Below, piece after piece: positions 18,632 to 28,085 of a stretch of 64,000 nucleotides of DNA. Made by a program: the position numbers and the translations under genes. Below the pieces are notes generated by a model that was given only the letters and a program-made list of their open reading frames with translations, was not told the DNA's origin and searched no databases. The stretch covers positions 108,898 to 172,897 of the forward strand of contig JAUIFA010000003.1 in NCBI GenBank assembly GCA_030429625.1. The letters run 5' to 3'. This DNA is from Alphaproteobacteria bacterium (GTDB lineage: Bacteria > Pseudomonadota > Alphaproteobacteria > Rickettsiales > UBA8987). Numbering within the stretch: position 1 is the first letter of the stretch; each line of letters starts with the position of its first letter.

Positions 18632-19664
18632 ATTCCACACCTTCACCCTTACGTAGGATAACCTTACCAATTTGGTAAACAGTTTCACCGTCTGACTCTA
18701 AGGAGGATTGAATTTTATGAGCATCTTCCTTAGCCACAATAAATACCATGCCAATCCCGTAATTAAAGGCACGCAGCATTTCACTTTCGGCGATATTGCC
18801 CTTTGCTTGTAACCAATGAAAAATAGTGGGCTTTTCCCAGCTTGAAAGTTCAATTTCTGCGGCCAGATTTTCTGGTAAAACACGTGGGATATTTTCACTT
18901 AGCCCACCGCCTGTAATATGCGCTAAGGCTTTGACATTTCCAGATTTGATAGCGTTTAGGCTAGATTTTACGTATATTTTTGTTGGTGTAAGGAGAGATT
19001 GTCCCAATGTACCATTGATGCCGTCAATTTTAGCATCATAGGAGATATTGTTTTCTTTAATGATGTGCCTAACCAGTGAAAAACCATTTGAATGAACACC
19101 ACTTGAAGCAATGCCTAATAAAACATCACCTTCTTTTATATCACCGGTTTTTGGTAGAACATTTTCCCTTTCCACCGCGCCAATAGCAAAGCCGGCAAGG
19201 TCATAATCTCCTGCCTTGTACATACCAGGCATTTCAGCGGTTTCACCTCCTATTAAGGCACAACCAGCTTCTTTACAGCCTTTGGCAATGCCGTTTATAA
19301 CATCTTCTGCCTGATGAACATCCAGCTTACCAGTAGCAAAATAATCCAAGAAAAACAAAGGCTCAGCCCCTTGAACAACAAGATCATTGACTACCATAGC
19401 TACCAGATCAATCCCCACAGAATCATGCTTACCAACAATATTAGCCACGGCAAGCTTTGTGCCGACTCCGTCCGTACCAGAAACTAAAATCGGATCACGA
19501 TAGCCACATTTGGCAAGGTCAAATAGGCCACCAAAACCGCCAATATCAGAATCAGAGCCGGTGCGCTTTGTGGATTTTACTGCGGGTTTTATCCGTTCAA
19601 CAAGGCTGTTTCCTGCAGCTATATCCACACCTGCATCTTTATACGTGGTTTGTATTTTAGACAT
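18624..19664 (-). CDS. purM: phosphoribosylformylglycinamidine cyclo-ligase (AIR synthetase)
   Basis: 346 aa. Motifs YKDAGVDI, GGFGGLF, SGTDGVGTK and HITGGG. Confidence 0.95.
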   Translation of the reverse strand: MSKIQTTYKDAGVDIAAGNSLVERIKPAVKSTKRTGSDSDIGGFGGLFDLAKCGYRDPILVSGTDGVGTKLAVANIVGKHDSVGIDLVAMVVNDLVVQGAEPLFFLDYFATGKLDVHQAEDVINGIAKGCKEAGCALIGGETAEMPGMYKAGDYDLAGFAIGAVERENVLPKTGDIKEGDVLLGIASSGVHSNGFSLVRHIIKENNISYDAKIDGINGTLGQSLLTPTKIYVKSSLNAIKSGNVKALAHITGGGLSENIPRVLPENLAAEIELSSWEKPTIFHWLQAKGNIAESEMLRAFNYGIGMVFIVAKEDAHKIQSSLESDGETVYQIGKVILRKGEGVEYV

Positions 19665-19807
19665 TATATTTCCTTTTTATAGTCTGCTGTGTTCAACACC
19701 AAAAATGCTAGATTGTCCAGCTTTTTTAAAGCCATAAGTTATTTCTTTACCTATTGAGCTGTGAACAATATAATAGCAAACTTATTGGCTAAAAATAAGG
19801 ATATGCT

Positions 19808-20656
19808 ATGACAACTCCCGCTATTATCACGGTTGCTATTACCGGTAACATCACCACCAAAGAAATGAACCCTGCTGTACCGATTACCATTGAAGAGCAG
19901 GTAGAAAGCACGCAAGAGGCATTTGAAGCCGGTGCAACGGTGGCGCATGTGCATGTGCGCGACGATGAGGGTAAGCCCTGTGTGGACGCAGACCGTTATG
20001 CCAAATTGCAGGAAGGTCTATTAAAGCACTGTCCGGGGATGATCATACAATTTTCGACAGGGGCACGCTGTGGTAATGGTCTTTCTCGTGCGGATAGTTT
20101 GGCGCATCGTCCTGAAATGTGTTCGCTTTCGGTGGGTTCGGTGAATTTGAATACGGTGATCTATGCTAATGAGCTGGAGCTGGTGGAATATATGTGTGAC
20201 AAGGTGCTAGAATTTGATATCAAGCCGGAAGTCGAAATTTTTGACGTATCCGATCTCTACACGACCAAGCGTTTGATCACCGAAGGCAGAATTAAAACTC
20301 CGGTACATGCCCAGTTTGTCACCGGTATTAAAGGAGCAATTCCTTCCAAGCCGTCGTTATTGGAATTTTTGCTCAAAGAATTGAAAGAAGAAATTCCAGA
20401 ATGTACATGGGTGGCGACAGGTGTGGGTAAAAATCAGGAAATGTGTAACCGTTGGTCATTGGAGCGTGGCGGGCATGTGCGTACTGGTCTTGAAGATAAT
20501 ATCTGGATTGAAAAAGGCGTGTTGGCCAAAAGCAATGCAGAGTTGGTTGGCAAAACAGCAAGCCTATGCCCGGAATATGATCGTCATGTTGCCAGTGTTT
20601 CTGAGGCGCGCCAAATACTAGGACTAAAATCCTTTGCTAGAGCCGATGCAGCGTAA
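19808..20656 (+). CDS. beta-keto acid cleavage enzyme family protein (DUF849 / 3-keto-5-aminohexanoate cleavage-like)
   Basis: 282 aa. N-terminus ITVAITGN...P.T.EE......A..AGA...H.H.RD is typical of the BKACE family. Confidence 0.75.
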   Translation: MTTPAIITVAITGNITTKEMNPAVPITIEEQVESTQEAFEAGATVAHVHVRDDEGKPCVDADRYAKLQEGLLKHCPGMIIQFSTGARCGNGLSRADSLAHRPEMCSLSVGSVNLNTVIYANELELVEYMCDKVLEFDIKPEVEIFDVSDLYTTKRLITEGRIKTPVHAQFVTGIKGAIPSKPSLLEFLLKELKEEIPECTWVATGVGKNQEMCNRWSLERGGHVRTGLEDNIWIEKGVLAKSNAELVGKTASLCPEYDRHVASVSEARQILGLKSFARADAA

Positions 20657-20687
20657 AGCAGGGTCATTATCAGCCGTATGTTATGTT

Positions 20688-20757
20688 GTCATTCTCAGCC
20701 CTTCAGGGCTGGGAATCTAGGGTGATGGGCTGGATTTCCACCTGCGGTGAAGATGAC
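20688..20757. repeat. small nested-palindrome intergenic element, copy A
   Basis: GTCATTCT, then an 11-bp hairpin (attctcagccc ttca gggctgggaat), GGAATC, ..., GGATTTCC, an imperfect hairpin, then AAGATGAC. The outer ends are inverted repeats (GTCATTCT vs GTCATCTT). Lies between convergent genes. Confidence 0.4.
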
Positions 20758-20780
20758 AATAAAGAGCCACTGACTGAAAG

Positions 20781-22160
20781 CTATTTACGTTTTTTCAGCT
20801 CTTCAGAGATCAAAAAGGCTAGCTCTAAACTTTGTGAAGCATTTAAGCGTGGGTCGCAATGGGTATGATAGCGGTTTTTCAGATCCACCTCAGAAATTGC
20901 TTGTGCTCCGCCAATACATTCGGTTACGTCTTGCCCCGTCATTTCAAAATGCACGCCCCCAGCATAAGTACCTTCGGCCTGATGGACAGAAAAGAAGCTG
21001 CGTACTTCAGAAAGAATATCGTTAAACGGACGGGTTTTAATCCCGTTAGGTGATTTGATGGTGTTGCCGTGCATCGGATCACACGACCAGACCACGTTCA
21101 AACCTTCTTTTTTCACACGACGAACAAATTTTGGTAGCAAATCTTCAATTTTATCTGCTCCCATACGGCTGATTAAAGTCAAACGGCCAGGCTCATTTTC
21201 TGGGTTAAGTACGCGGATAAGCTCTACCAGCTCGTCCTCTTGCATCGAAGGGCCAACTTTAGACGCAATGGGGTTAGCAATGCCGCGGAAAAACTCAATA
21301 TGGGCTTCATTGAGCGAACGTGTCCTGTCACCAATCCACAACATATGTGCAGAACAATCGTAATATTTTCCATCATATTCATCTTGCTGGGTTTGGGCTT
21401 CTTCGTAAGGTAATAATAATCCTTCATGCGAAGAGAAGAAATCTGCTTCTTTGAGTTTTTCCACATCGTCCAACTCTAACCCACAGGCCTCGATAAAAGA
21501 AAAACATTCGTCAATGCGACTGACGACATCAGCAAAGCGTTTGCCTTGTTTGGAACTGCTGATAAACGCATCGTTCCATCGGCTGATATTACGCAAGGAC
21601 GCTTCCCCACCTTTGGCAAGAGAGCGCAGGTAATTAAGTGTGGCTGTGGCTTGTTGGTATGCTTTGAGTAAATTCTCAGGATTATTTTTACGTCCTTCTT
21701 CACTAAATTCAATGTTGTTGATAATATCCCCACGATAGCTGGGTAATTTAAGGCCGTCTTTGGTTTCAAAATCGTCCGAACGAGGCTTAGCAAACTGTCC
21801 GGCAATCCGTCCCACTTTAACCACGGGTTTTCCTGTGCCATACATCAAGGCAACGGTCATTTGTAAAATTACCTGGAAATAGGCGTGTAAATTATCCTGA
21901 CTGAATTCAGCAAAACTTTCCGCACAATCGCCGCCTTGTAGCAAAAATCCATTGCCGTTGCATACATTTGCCAATTGACGTTTTAATGCACGAATTTCAT
22001 TTGGGGTAACAATGGGAGGAAATTTACTTATTTGGGACAAAACATTATTCAACTCCGTTTCATCATCGTAAGCTGGTTGTTGTTTGATAGGAAGTTTTCT
22101 CCAACTGCCTTTTGTCCAATTGTCTTTTTTAGTCATATTTTCTTGCACTGCCTGTGTCAT
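20781..22160 (-). CDS. class II 3-deoxy-7-phosphoheptulonate (DAHP) synthase
   Basis: 459 aa. Length and motifs fit the plant-like class II enzyme (LLQGGDCAESF, GRIAGQFAKPRS, MLWIGDRTR, WSCDPMHGNT). Confidence 0.9.
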   Translation of the reverse strand: MTQAVQENMTKKDNWTKGSWRKLPIKQQPAYDDETELNNVLSQISKFPPIVTPNEIRALKRQLANVCNGNGFLLQGGDCAESFAEFSQDNLHAYFQVILQMTVALMYGTGKPVVKVGRIAGQFAKPRSDDFETKDGLKLPSYRGDIINNIEFSEEGRKNNPENLLKAYQQATATLNYLRSLAKGGEASLRNISRWNDAFISSSKQGKRFADVVSRIDECFSFIEACGLELDDVEKLKEADFFSSHEGLLLPYEEAQTQQDEYDGKYYDCSAHMLWIGDRTRSLNEAHIEFFRGIANPIASKVGPSMQEDELVELIRVLNPENEPGRLTLISRMGADKIEDLLPKFVRRVKKEGLNVVWSCDPMHGNTIKSPNGIKTRPFNDILSEVRSFFSVHQAEGTYAGGVHFEMTGQDVTECIGGAQAISEVDLKNRYHTHCDPRLNASQSLELAFLISEELKKRK

Positions 22161-22237
22161 TTTTATTGCCTTAATTTCTAAAGGAATGCACTATAGCAGC
22201 GATTTTTTAAAATGCGAGAATTTTTAAGAGGATTCAT

Positions 22238-23089
22238 ATGGCAAAAGATGCTGAACATATAATTGCTTTTCAGGGCGTGCCGGGCGCACACTCAGATATG
22301 GCGTGTCAAACGGCTCACCCTTACATGCAGACATTGCCATGCGCCTATTTTGAAGATGTGTTTGATGCGGTAAAAAATGGTGACGCAAAATACGGCATGA
22401 TTCCTATTGAGAATTCCCATGCAGGAAGGGTGGCAGAAATCCACAACATGCTGCCCCATTCAGGCTTAAGCATTGTCGGGGAATATTTCCACAAAGTGCG
22501 TCATCATTTGATGGCACCAAAAGGCGCAACATTAGAAAGCGTGAAGACGGTGACTTCTCATGCGCAGGCTTTGATGCAGTGTGCCCATTCTGTGCGCAAA
22601 ATGGGCTATGGGGTTGAACCTTGTTCCGACACGGCCTTGGCAGCCAAAGAAGTGGCAGAAGAAGGGGACATTACCCGTGCAGCGCTGGCCTCTAACTTGG
22701 CAGCAGAGTTGTATGGTCTCGAAATTTTGCAAAAGGACATGCAGGATGCGGACGACAACACCACTTTGTTTGTCATTTTGTCAAAAGAGCCGGTAGATCC
22801 AGATCCAGAAAGTGACATAAAGATTTTAACCAGCCTGTTATTCACCACACGTAATATTGCCGCGGGTTTGTATAAAGCGTTAGGTGGTTTTGCTACCAAT
22901 GGGGTGAACATCATGAAGTTGGAAAGCTACATTCCCGATTATACTCAGGGTACAGCACAATTTTTTATCACTTTTGAAGGTCATCCTCAGCAGAATCACG
23001 TAAAGCACGCATTGGAAGAACTCGGATTTTTTACCAAGAACGTGCAGCTTCTGGGGATTTATGAAGCTGACCCAAGCCGCTATAAGTGA
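22238..23089 (+). CDS. pheA: prephenate dehydratase (PDT + ACT)
   Basis: 283 aa. Motifs IAFQGVPGAHSD and NTTLFVIL (TRF-like), plus a C-terminal ACT region (TSLLFTTRNIAAGLYKALGGFATNGVNIMKLESY). Confidence 0.9.
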   Translation: MAKDAEHIIAFQGVPGAHSDMACQTAHPYMQTLPCAYFEDVFDAVKNGDAKYGMIPIENSHAGRVAEIHNMLPHSGLSIVGEYFHKVRHHLMAPKGATLESVKTVTSHAQALMQCAHSVRKMGYGVEPCSDTALAAKEVAEEGDITRAALASNLAAELYGLEILQKDMQDADDNTTLFVILSKEPVDPDPESDIKILTSLLFTTRNIAAGLYKALGGFATNGVNIMKLESYIPDYTQGTAQFFITFEGHPQQNHVKHALEELGFFTKNVQLLGIYEADPSRYK

Positions 23090-23116
23090 TAAATTTAGGT
23101 GAGAATACCGCACCCC

Positions 23117-23206
23117 GTCATTCTGTGAAGCGATAGCTTGCACAGAATCCATTTCTCTGTTTGTATGGATCCTGTGCTATTACCTGACGGTAATCCATAG
23201 GATGAC
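23117..23206. repeat. small nested-palindrome intergenic element, diverged copy B
   Basis: GTCATTCT, hairpin 23120-23148 (attctgtg...cacagaat with an inner aagc/gctt pairing), AGAATCC, ..., a second hairpin (atggat...atccat enclosing attacc tgac ggtaat), then GATGAC. Same framing motifs as copy A. The first hairpin may double as the pheA terminator. Confidence 0.35.
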
Positions 23207-23225
23207 GACAAGAAAAAGGATAAAT

Positions 23226-23645
23226 ATGCCTTTCTGGAAAGAAAAAAATCTCAGCCAAATGAGCACGCAGGAATGGGAATCTTTGTGTGACGGCTGCGCT
23301 CAATGTTGTCTGATCAGGCTGGAAGATATTGATACAGGCAGGCAGGTGGTAACCAATGTGGCGTGTAAGCTTTTGGACGTAGAACAATGTCGCTGCACGG
23401 ATTATGTCAATCGACAAAAACACGTACCTGATTGCATCAAACTGACAATAAAAAATATTCCTGAATATGATTGGTTGCCTGAAACATGCGCTTATCGCAG
23501 GGTGGCGAAGGGAAAAGACCTTCCCAACTGGCATCCGCTCAAAACAGGCAAAGCCTTGGATCACATAAAAGCCAATCCGTTATATGAATCACTTGTTTCT
23601 GAGGATGAAATAGAAGGAGATATTCAGGATTATGTTGTGGAATAA
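23226..23645 (+). CDS. ycgN: UPF0260 (YcgN-like) cysteine-cluster protein
   Basis: Strong resemblance to E. coli YcgN (PFW..K.L..M...[19 protein letters not shown]....C.C..Y, PDCIKLT, W.P..CAYR....GKDLP.WHPL). The ATG at 23226 (AAGGA upstream) is preferred. The track ATG at 23202 is supplied by the terminal GATGAC of repeat copy B. Confidence 0.75.
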   Translation: MPFWKEKNLSQMSTQEWESLCDGCAQCCLIRLEDIDTGRQVVTNVACKLLDVEQCRCTDYVNRQKHVPDCIKLTIKNIPEYDWLPETCAYRRVAKGKDLPNWHPLKTGKALDHIKANPLYESLVSEDEIEGDIQDYVVE

Positions 23646-23722
23646 AAGGGTAGATTTTTTCATATCCAAGACGGTTTTTAAATGTTATAAAATGCGGTAG
23701 GTAGATTAAGAAATAGGGGTAA

Positions 23723-25264
23723 ATGAAGTCAATTTCAAAATATTTTCTCCGTGCTTCAATAGAAAGCAAAATCCGTTGGATTGTAATCATAACCAGTTCG
23801 GCGATGCTTTTTAGCGCCTTTGGTGCTTTCATGTTTTTCAGCTATATTTATCTTGAGAGAAACAAAGAAAAACAGCTCCAGATCCTCCATGATATGGTTT
23901 CCATCAGTAGCCACAACGCGCTTATTTACCGTGACTATGACAGCGCGATTGATAAACTGGACGCGTTACGTTCAGATCAATCGGTCTTGTATGCGTGTCT
24001 TTACGACTATGATGGTGAAGAATTTGCGGTTTATTCACGTACGGACGTTGAGGGTATAAGCTGCCCTGACCCAGACAAAGCAAAATATGGAAGCAATAAT
24101 TTTGGTCGGGAGATGGACCTCTATCGGGACATATTTTTCCGCAATGAAAAAATGGGCTCGCTTTATATACGCACAGATTTGGACGCAATTGATGATGTAT
24201 TTTACCAATTTGTCCAATATTCCGTATTGGCGTTTTTGATCTCTTTAATCTGTGGATATTTGGCCTCTTCACAAATGCTTAAATTTGTGTCCAATCCTAT
24301 TAAGAGTTTGTTAAAAACAGCCAAGGATGTATCGGAGAATTATAACTATTCAGTACGGGCAGATAAGGTTCTAGACGATGAATTGGGTGTATTGGTGGAC
24401 AGTTTCAACCACATGCTGCAACAGATTCATGAGCGTGATACTGAAGTGGTCAAGGCCTATGAAGGGCTAGAACTTCGGGTGATAGAAAGAACACAGCAGC
24501 TTGAAGACGCACGTCAGGCAGCGGAAGCGGCTAATCAGGCCAAAACAGCCTTTTTAACCAACATGTCACATGAATTGCGTACGCCCATGCATGTGGTGTT
24601 GAGTTATTCGGGTTTTGGGATAGAAGAAATTAAAAGTGCAGAGCGGGAAGAATTACTGGAATATTTCACTCGTATTAATGACAGTGGGGCACGTCTGTTG
24701 TTGTTATTGAACAATATTCTTGATCTTGCCAAATTGGAATCAGGTAAGATGGTGTTCGATATGCGCCGCTCGGATCTGCGTCAGCCGGTAAATACAGTTT
24801 TAACCGAATTAAGTAATTTGCTTGAAGGAAAATCAATCAGGGTGATTGCAGTAGAACCAGAAGAACCGCCTATTGCTGAATTTGATATGGGTAAAATCAT
24901 TCAAGTGATTTACAATCTGGTGTCCAATGCGATAAAATTTACTCCAGAAAACGGTACCATCACTATTTCTTATAAAAAAGGACAATTGCCATCGTGCAAT
25001 TATGAGGACGATATGGTGGAGGCAATTTCTCTTTCCATTAAGGACAATGGTATTGGGGTTCCCGAAAATGAGTTTGAGGCGGTGTTTGATAAGTTTATTC
25101 AAAGCAGTAAAACCCATACTGGGGCAGGGGGCACAGGCCTTGGTCTTGCCATCAGTAAAGAGATCATTCTTGAACATAACGGTAAGATATGGTGTGAAAA
25201 TAACGAAACTAAAGGTGCCTGCTTTACTTTTATGTTGCCTGTTCAAAGAGAGGATGTACAATAG
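23723..25264 (+). CDS. sensor histidine kinase (2 TM, periplasmic domain, HAMP, HisKA, HATPase)
   Basis: 513 aa. Two hydrophobic segments flank a ~130-aa loop. H-box FLTNMSHELRTPMH, N-box YNLVSNAIKFT, G-boxes DNGIGV and GTGLGLAISK. Confidence 0.85.
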   Translation: MKSISKYFLRASIESKIRWIVIITSSAMLFSAFGAFMFFSYIYLERNKEKQLQILHDMVSISSHNALIYRDYDSAIDKLDALRSDQSVLYACLYDYDGEEFAVYSRTDVEGISCPDPDKAKYGSNNFGREMDLYRDIFFRNEKMGSLYIRTDLDAIDDVFYQFVQYSVLAFLISLICGYLASSQMLKFVSNPIKSLLKTAKDVSENYNYSVRADKVLDDELGVLVDSFNHMLQQIHERDTEVVKAYEGLELRVIERTQQLEDARQAAEAANQAKTAFLTNMSHELRTPMHVVLSYSGFGIEEIKSAEREELLEYFTRINDSGARLLLLLNNILDLAKLESGKMVFDMRRSDLRQPVNTVLTELSNLLEGKSIRVIAVEPEEPPIAEFDMGKIIQVIYNLVSNAIKFTPENGTITISYKKGQLPSCNYEDDMVEAISLSIKDNGIGVPENEFEAVFDKFIQSSKTHTGAGGTGLGLAISKEIILEHNGKIWCENNETKGACFTFMLPVQREDVQ

Positions 25265-25300
25265 TACTTGCATATAACATGATAATTATCAGGAGTATAA

Positions 25301-26239
25301 ATGTCAGAAAATCAGATTAAAATTGCCGCGGAAGAAGCAAACATTGCCTCGAAGCCCATCAGGGTTCTGTGTGTCGATGATGAGACGTTTAACCTTGATA
25401 TTATGGAAAAACACCTACGTAAGTCTGGGTATGAAACACTCAGGGCATTGGATGGTATTGAAGCAATTGATATGTTAAACGATCCTTCAAGCAATATAGA
25501 CGTTGTCCTACTTGATCGGATGATGCCGAATATGGATGGAATGGAAGTTTTGAAGGAGATGAAAAAGAAGAAAGACCTTCAAGATATTCCAGTCATTATG
25601 CAAACAGCGATGGCCGGTTCGGACGATGCGGTAGAAGGTATTAAGGCCGGCGCCTATTATTACATCACTAAGCCATATGAAGCTTCAGTTCTGCTTTCCA
25701 TTGTGGATTCGGCAGTACGTTCTCTAAGCAAACAAACATCCATGCAAACCCGTCTTGATAAGGCAGATGCGGTATTGAATTATGCGGTGAGTGGAGAATA
25801 TCAATTTAACGGTATGAAAGAGGGTCGAGATATTGCCGCATTTCTTGCTAATTTTGCCAAAGAGCCTTCTAATGCTATTGTGGCGTTGACTGCGTTGATT
25901 TCAAACGCCATTGAACATGGCAACCTTGAAATGGGGTATGATCTTAAATGTGAATTGTTACTTAACGACAATTACAATCAGGAATTTGTTCGTCGTAGCT
26001 CTTCCCCAGAATATTCTTCAAGGAAAGTCTCTGTTTCGTTTAAAAAAGAAGATGATGTAGTAAAAATTTATATTCAAGATGAGGGCAATGGGTTTGATTG
26101 GCAGCAATATATGGAATTCGAACCGCGCCGGATGACTGATCCTAATGGTCGTGGCATTGCTTTGGCTAATTCCACCAATCCAGGGCAAATTGAATATATT
26201 GGCAAAGGCAACGTTGTCTGTTATACCATTTACCTGTAA
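25301..26239 (+). CDS. hybrid response regulator: REC domain + C-terminal GHKL ATPase-like (RsbW/SpoIIAB-like) domain
   Basis: REC domain (RVLCVDDE..., VVLLDRMMPNMDG, KP). The C-terminal ~150 aa carry an N-box-like ISNAIEHGN, a G1-like IQDEGNGFD and a G2-like NGRGIALA. Confidence 0.75.
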   Translation: MSENQIKIAAEEANIASKPIRVLCVDDETFNLDIMEKHLRKSGYETLRALDGIEAIDMLNDPSSNIDVVLLDRMMPNMDGMEVLKEMKKKKDLQDIPVIMQTAMAGSDDAVEGIKAGAYYYITKPYEASVLLSIVDSAVRSLSKQTSMQTRLDKADAVLNYAVSGEYQFNGMKEGRDIAAFLANFAKEPSNAIVALTALISNAIEHGNLEMGYDLKCELLLNDNYNQEFVRRSSSPEYSSRKVSVSFKKEDDVVKIYIQDEGNGFDWQQYMEFEPRRMTDPNGRGIALANSTNPGQIEYIGKGNVVCYTIYL

Positions 26240-26315
26240 CAATCTGAGTTTTTCCACTTCCGGATAGAAATTTTTGCTCTAGCCTATGGTTTAAAATAAC
26301 TGTGGGTGAAGAAAA

Positions 26316-26717
26316 ATGGCTGAAACATTATTAGACTTTCAAAAAGCACTGTACGATACCTTGTCGGGAGATAGTAATTTAAACGCTGCGGTGAGTGGGG
26401 TTTTTAATCATGTTCCGCAAGGTACTGAATTTCCCTATATTGTGCTAGACATTCAAAGCTCAAAAGACTGGTCAACTGTTTCTACCATTGGCTATGAAGT
26501 GGAATGCAATGTGGCAGTCTATTCCCGTCATAGAGGTAGTAAAGAAGTGCTTGAAATTGGTGCCATGGTGCATGCCATATTGCACAACGCAGACATGACG
26601 ATTGAGAACGGCCATATTCTGGTAGATCTACGCTATAAAGAAGGCAATTTAAAAACTGGACAAGACGGATTAACCCATCAGGGAAATAATCTCTTTCTTG
26701 CCTTTATTCAGGAATAA
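26316..26717 (+). CDS. DUF3168-like phage/GTA tail-completion family protein (orphan)
   Basis: 133 aa. Pattern L...L......V.....P....FPYIVL......DWST......E....V.V.SR....E.......V...L.......L..GH.LV.LRY is typical of DUF3168 proteins in alphaproteobacterial GTA/siphophage head-tail modules. Confidence 0.65.
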   Translation: MAETLLDFQKALYDTLSGDSNLNAAVSGVFNHVPQGTEFPYIVLDIQSSKDWSTVSTIGYEVECNVAVYSRHRGSKEVLEIGAMVHAILHNADMTIENGHILVDLRYKEGNLKTGQDGLTHQGNNLFLAFIQE

Positions 26718-26795
26718 AAAATTACGGCTTTACCTCTTGAAATAATTTTCTGGTTTTACTAATTTGTTCTTGGGTATCAAAGATAATTTTTAACC

Positions 26796-27062
26796 ATGGA
26801 GGTTATGATGCAGCCAGATGCCGTGTTTAAATGTATTCAAAGCTACAATGGAAAAACATCCAATAGAGAATTAATTGTTTTAAAAGAAGGGAAGGAATAT
26901 TCCCGTACACAGGTCAATATGTCAGAAACAGGTTCTTCAGAGGGGGGTATCAATGTGTATCTGCATGACTGGAGCAATCCGGTTCACAAACAGCCGGTGA
27001 TGTCATTGCAGGAATTTAATGAGCTTGAAGGTGTGTATTTACAAAAAGTGATGTCGTTATAA
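26796..27062 (+). CDS. hypothetical small protein
   Basis: 88-aa ORF followed by a terminator hairpin. No motif recognised. Confidence 0.35.
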   Translation: MEVMMQPDAVFKCIQSYNGKTSNRELIVLKEGKEYSRTQVNMSETGSSEGGINVYLHDWSNPVHKQPVMSLQEFNELEGVYLQKVMSL

Positions 27063-27069
27063 ATAAAAA

Positions 27070-27095
27070 GGGCACCCTTTGAGATGCCCCTTTTG
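27070..27095. terminator. terminator hairpin between convergent 26796-27062 and dps
   Basis: Stem gggca / tgccc with a 10-nt loop. An A-run lies upstream and TTTTGTTTT downstream. Confidence 0.55.
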
Positions 27096-27097
27096 TT

Positions 27098-27535
27098 TTA
27101 TAAGCTGCTTTTTAGCATCCAGGCATTTTTCTCGTGTACGCTGATGCGATCCACAATTATTCCGATGGTGCCTTCATCACCAGCATTTTGAGCCGCTTGG
27201 AGCGTCTCAGTTAACGTGGTAATAATTTTACCTTGATCTTCCGCCAGTTCTTTGACCATGGTTTGCGCATCGGCCTTTTCATTGCCTTCTTTAATACTAC
27301 TAACCTTTTGGTAGGCAGAAAAGGTGCCAGGTGCTTTTTCGCCGAGTGTACGAATACGCTCCGCAATTACGTCTACTGCAGTAAACAAATCATTATATTG
27401 TTCTTCAAAAAGCATATGAAGTGATTTAAAATGTGGACCTGTCACGTTCCAATGATAGTTCTGTGTTTTTAGATACAAAGAATAGGTATCGGCCAACACG
27501 ATTTTTAGACTTTCTGCTACGGGTTTGTTACTCAT
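27098..27535 (-). CDS. dps: Dps family DNA-protection/ferritin-like protein
   Basis: 145 aa. Motifs LADTYSLYLKTQNYHWNVTGPHF..LH..FEEQY and AERI..LG. Confidence 0.9.
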   Translation of the reverse strand: MSNKPVAESLKIVLADTYSLYLKTQNYHWNVTGPHFKSLHMLFEEQYNDLFTAVDVIAERIRTLGEKAPGTFSAYQKVSSIKEGNEKADAQTMVKELAEDQGKIITTLTETLQAAQNAGDEGTIGIIVDRISVHEKNAWMLKSSL

Positions 27536-27545
27536 AATATTTCTC

Positions 27546-28073
27546 CTAATTGATGACCATTGCTTGGGCAGTTGCGTTAATCACCGAGGCAATACGAATA
27601 GCGGATTGTACCCCAGTTTTGCTGATACCGCCTTTTACTACCTCATGGACGTGCGAATCAATACACATACCGCAGCCATTAATAGCAGAAACCGCCAAAC
27701 AATAAAGCTCAAAATCTTTTTTATCTATTCCGGGATTGCCAATGATGCTCATGCGTAAATTGGCCGGCATTTTGCCAAAATCTTTATCGCTGCACAAATG
27801 CAAAAAGCGATAATAGATGTTGTTCATGCCCATCATGGTCGCTGCGGCCTTGGCTGCCTTAACTTCGTCTTCACTCAACACAGTCGCGGCATCTTCTGAC
27901 ACGGCAGAAATTAGATCTACATTGCGTGTGGCATACACGCAAGCCAGCGCGGTAGCATAAATTTGGTTTTGTGACAGGTCTGGAGCACCCTCTTCAGACA
28001 ACACATTCCCCAAATTAATTTTGATGTCCTTAGCATATTCACCTAAGTTTGATCGTACGTTTCCTATACCCAT
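27546..28073 (-). CDS. ahpD: alkyl hydroperoxide reductase AhpD
   Basis: 175 aa. Carboxymuconolactone-decarboxylase fold with a CGMCIDSH (CxxC) motif. Lies in an operon with ahpC. Confidence 0.85.
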   Translation of the reverse strand: MGIGNVRSNLGEYAKDIKINLGNVLSEEGAPDLSQNQIYATALACVYATRNVDLISAVSEDAATVLSEDEVKAAKAAATMMGMNNIYYRFLHLCSDKDFGKMPANLRMSIIGNPGIDKKDFELYCLAVSAINGCGMCIDSHVHEVVKGGISKTGVQSAIRIASVINATAQAMVIN

Positions 28074-28085
28074 TTTATTTTGTCC

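Noticed and set aside
20683-20868. Track ORF MLSFSALQGWESRVMGWISTCGEDDN... as a real gene
   Set aside because: Its N-terminal half is the translation of palindromic element copy A, and the rest runs antisense to the 3' end of the DAHP synthase gene.
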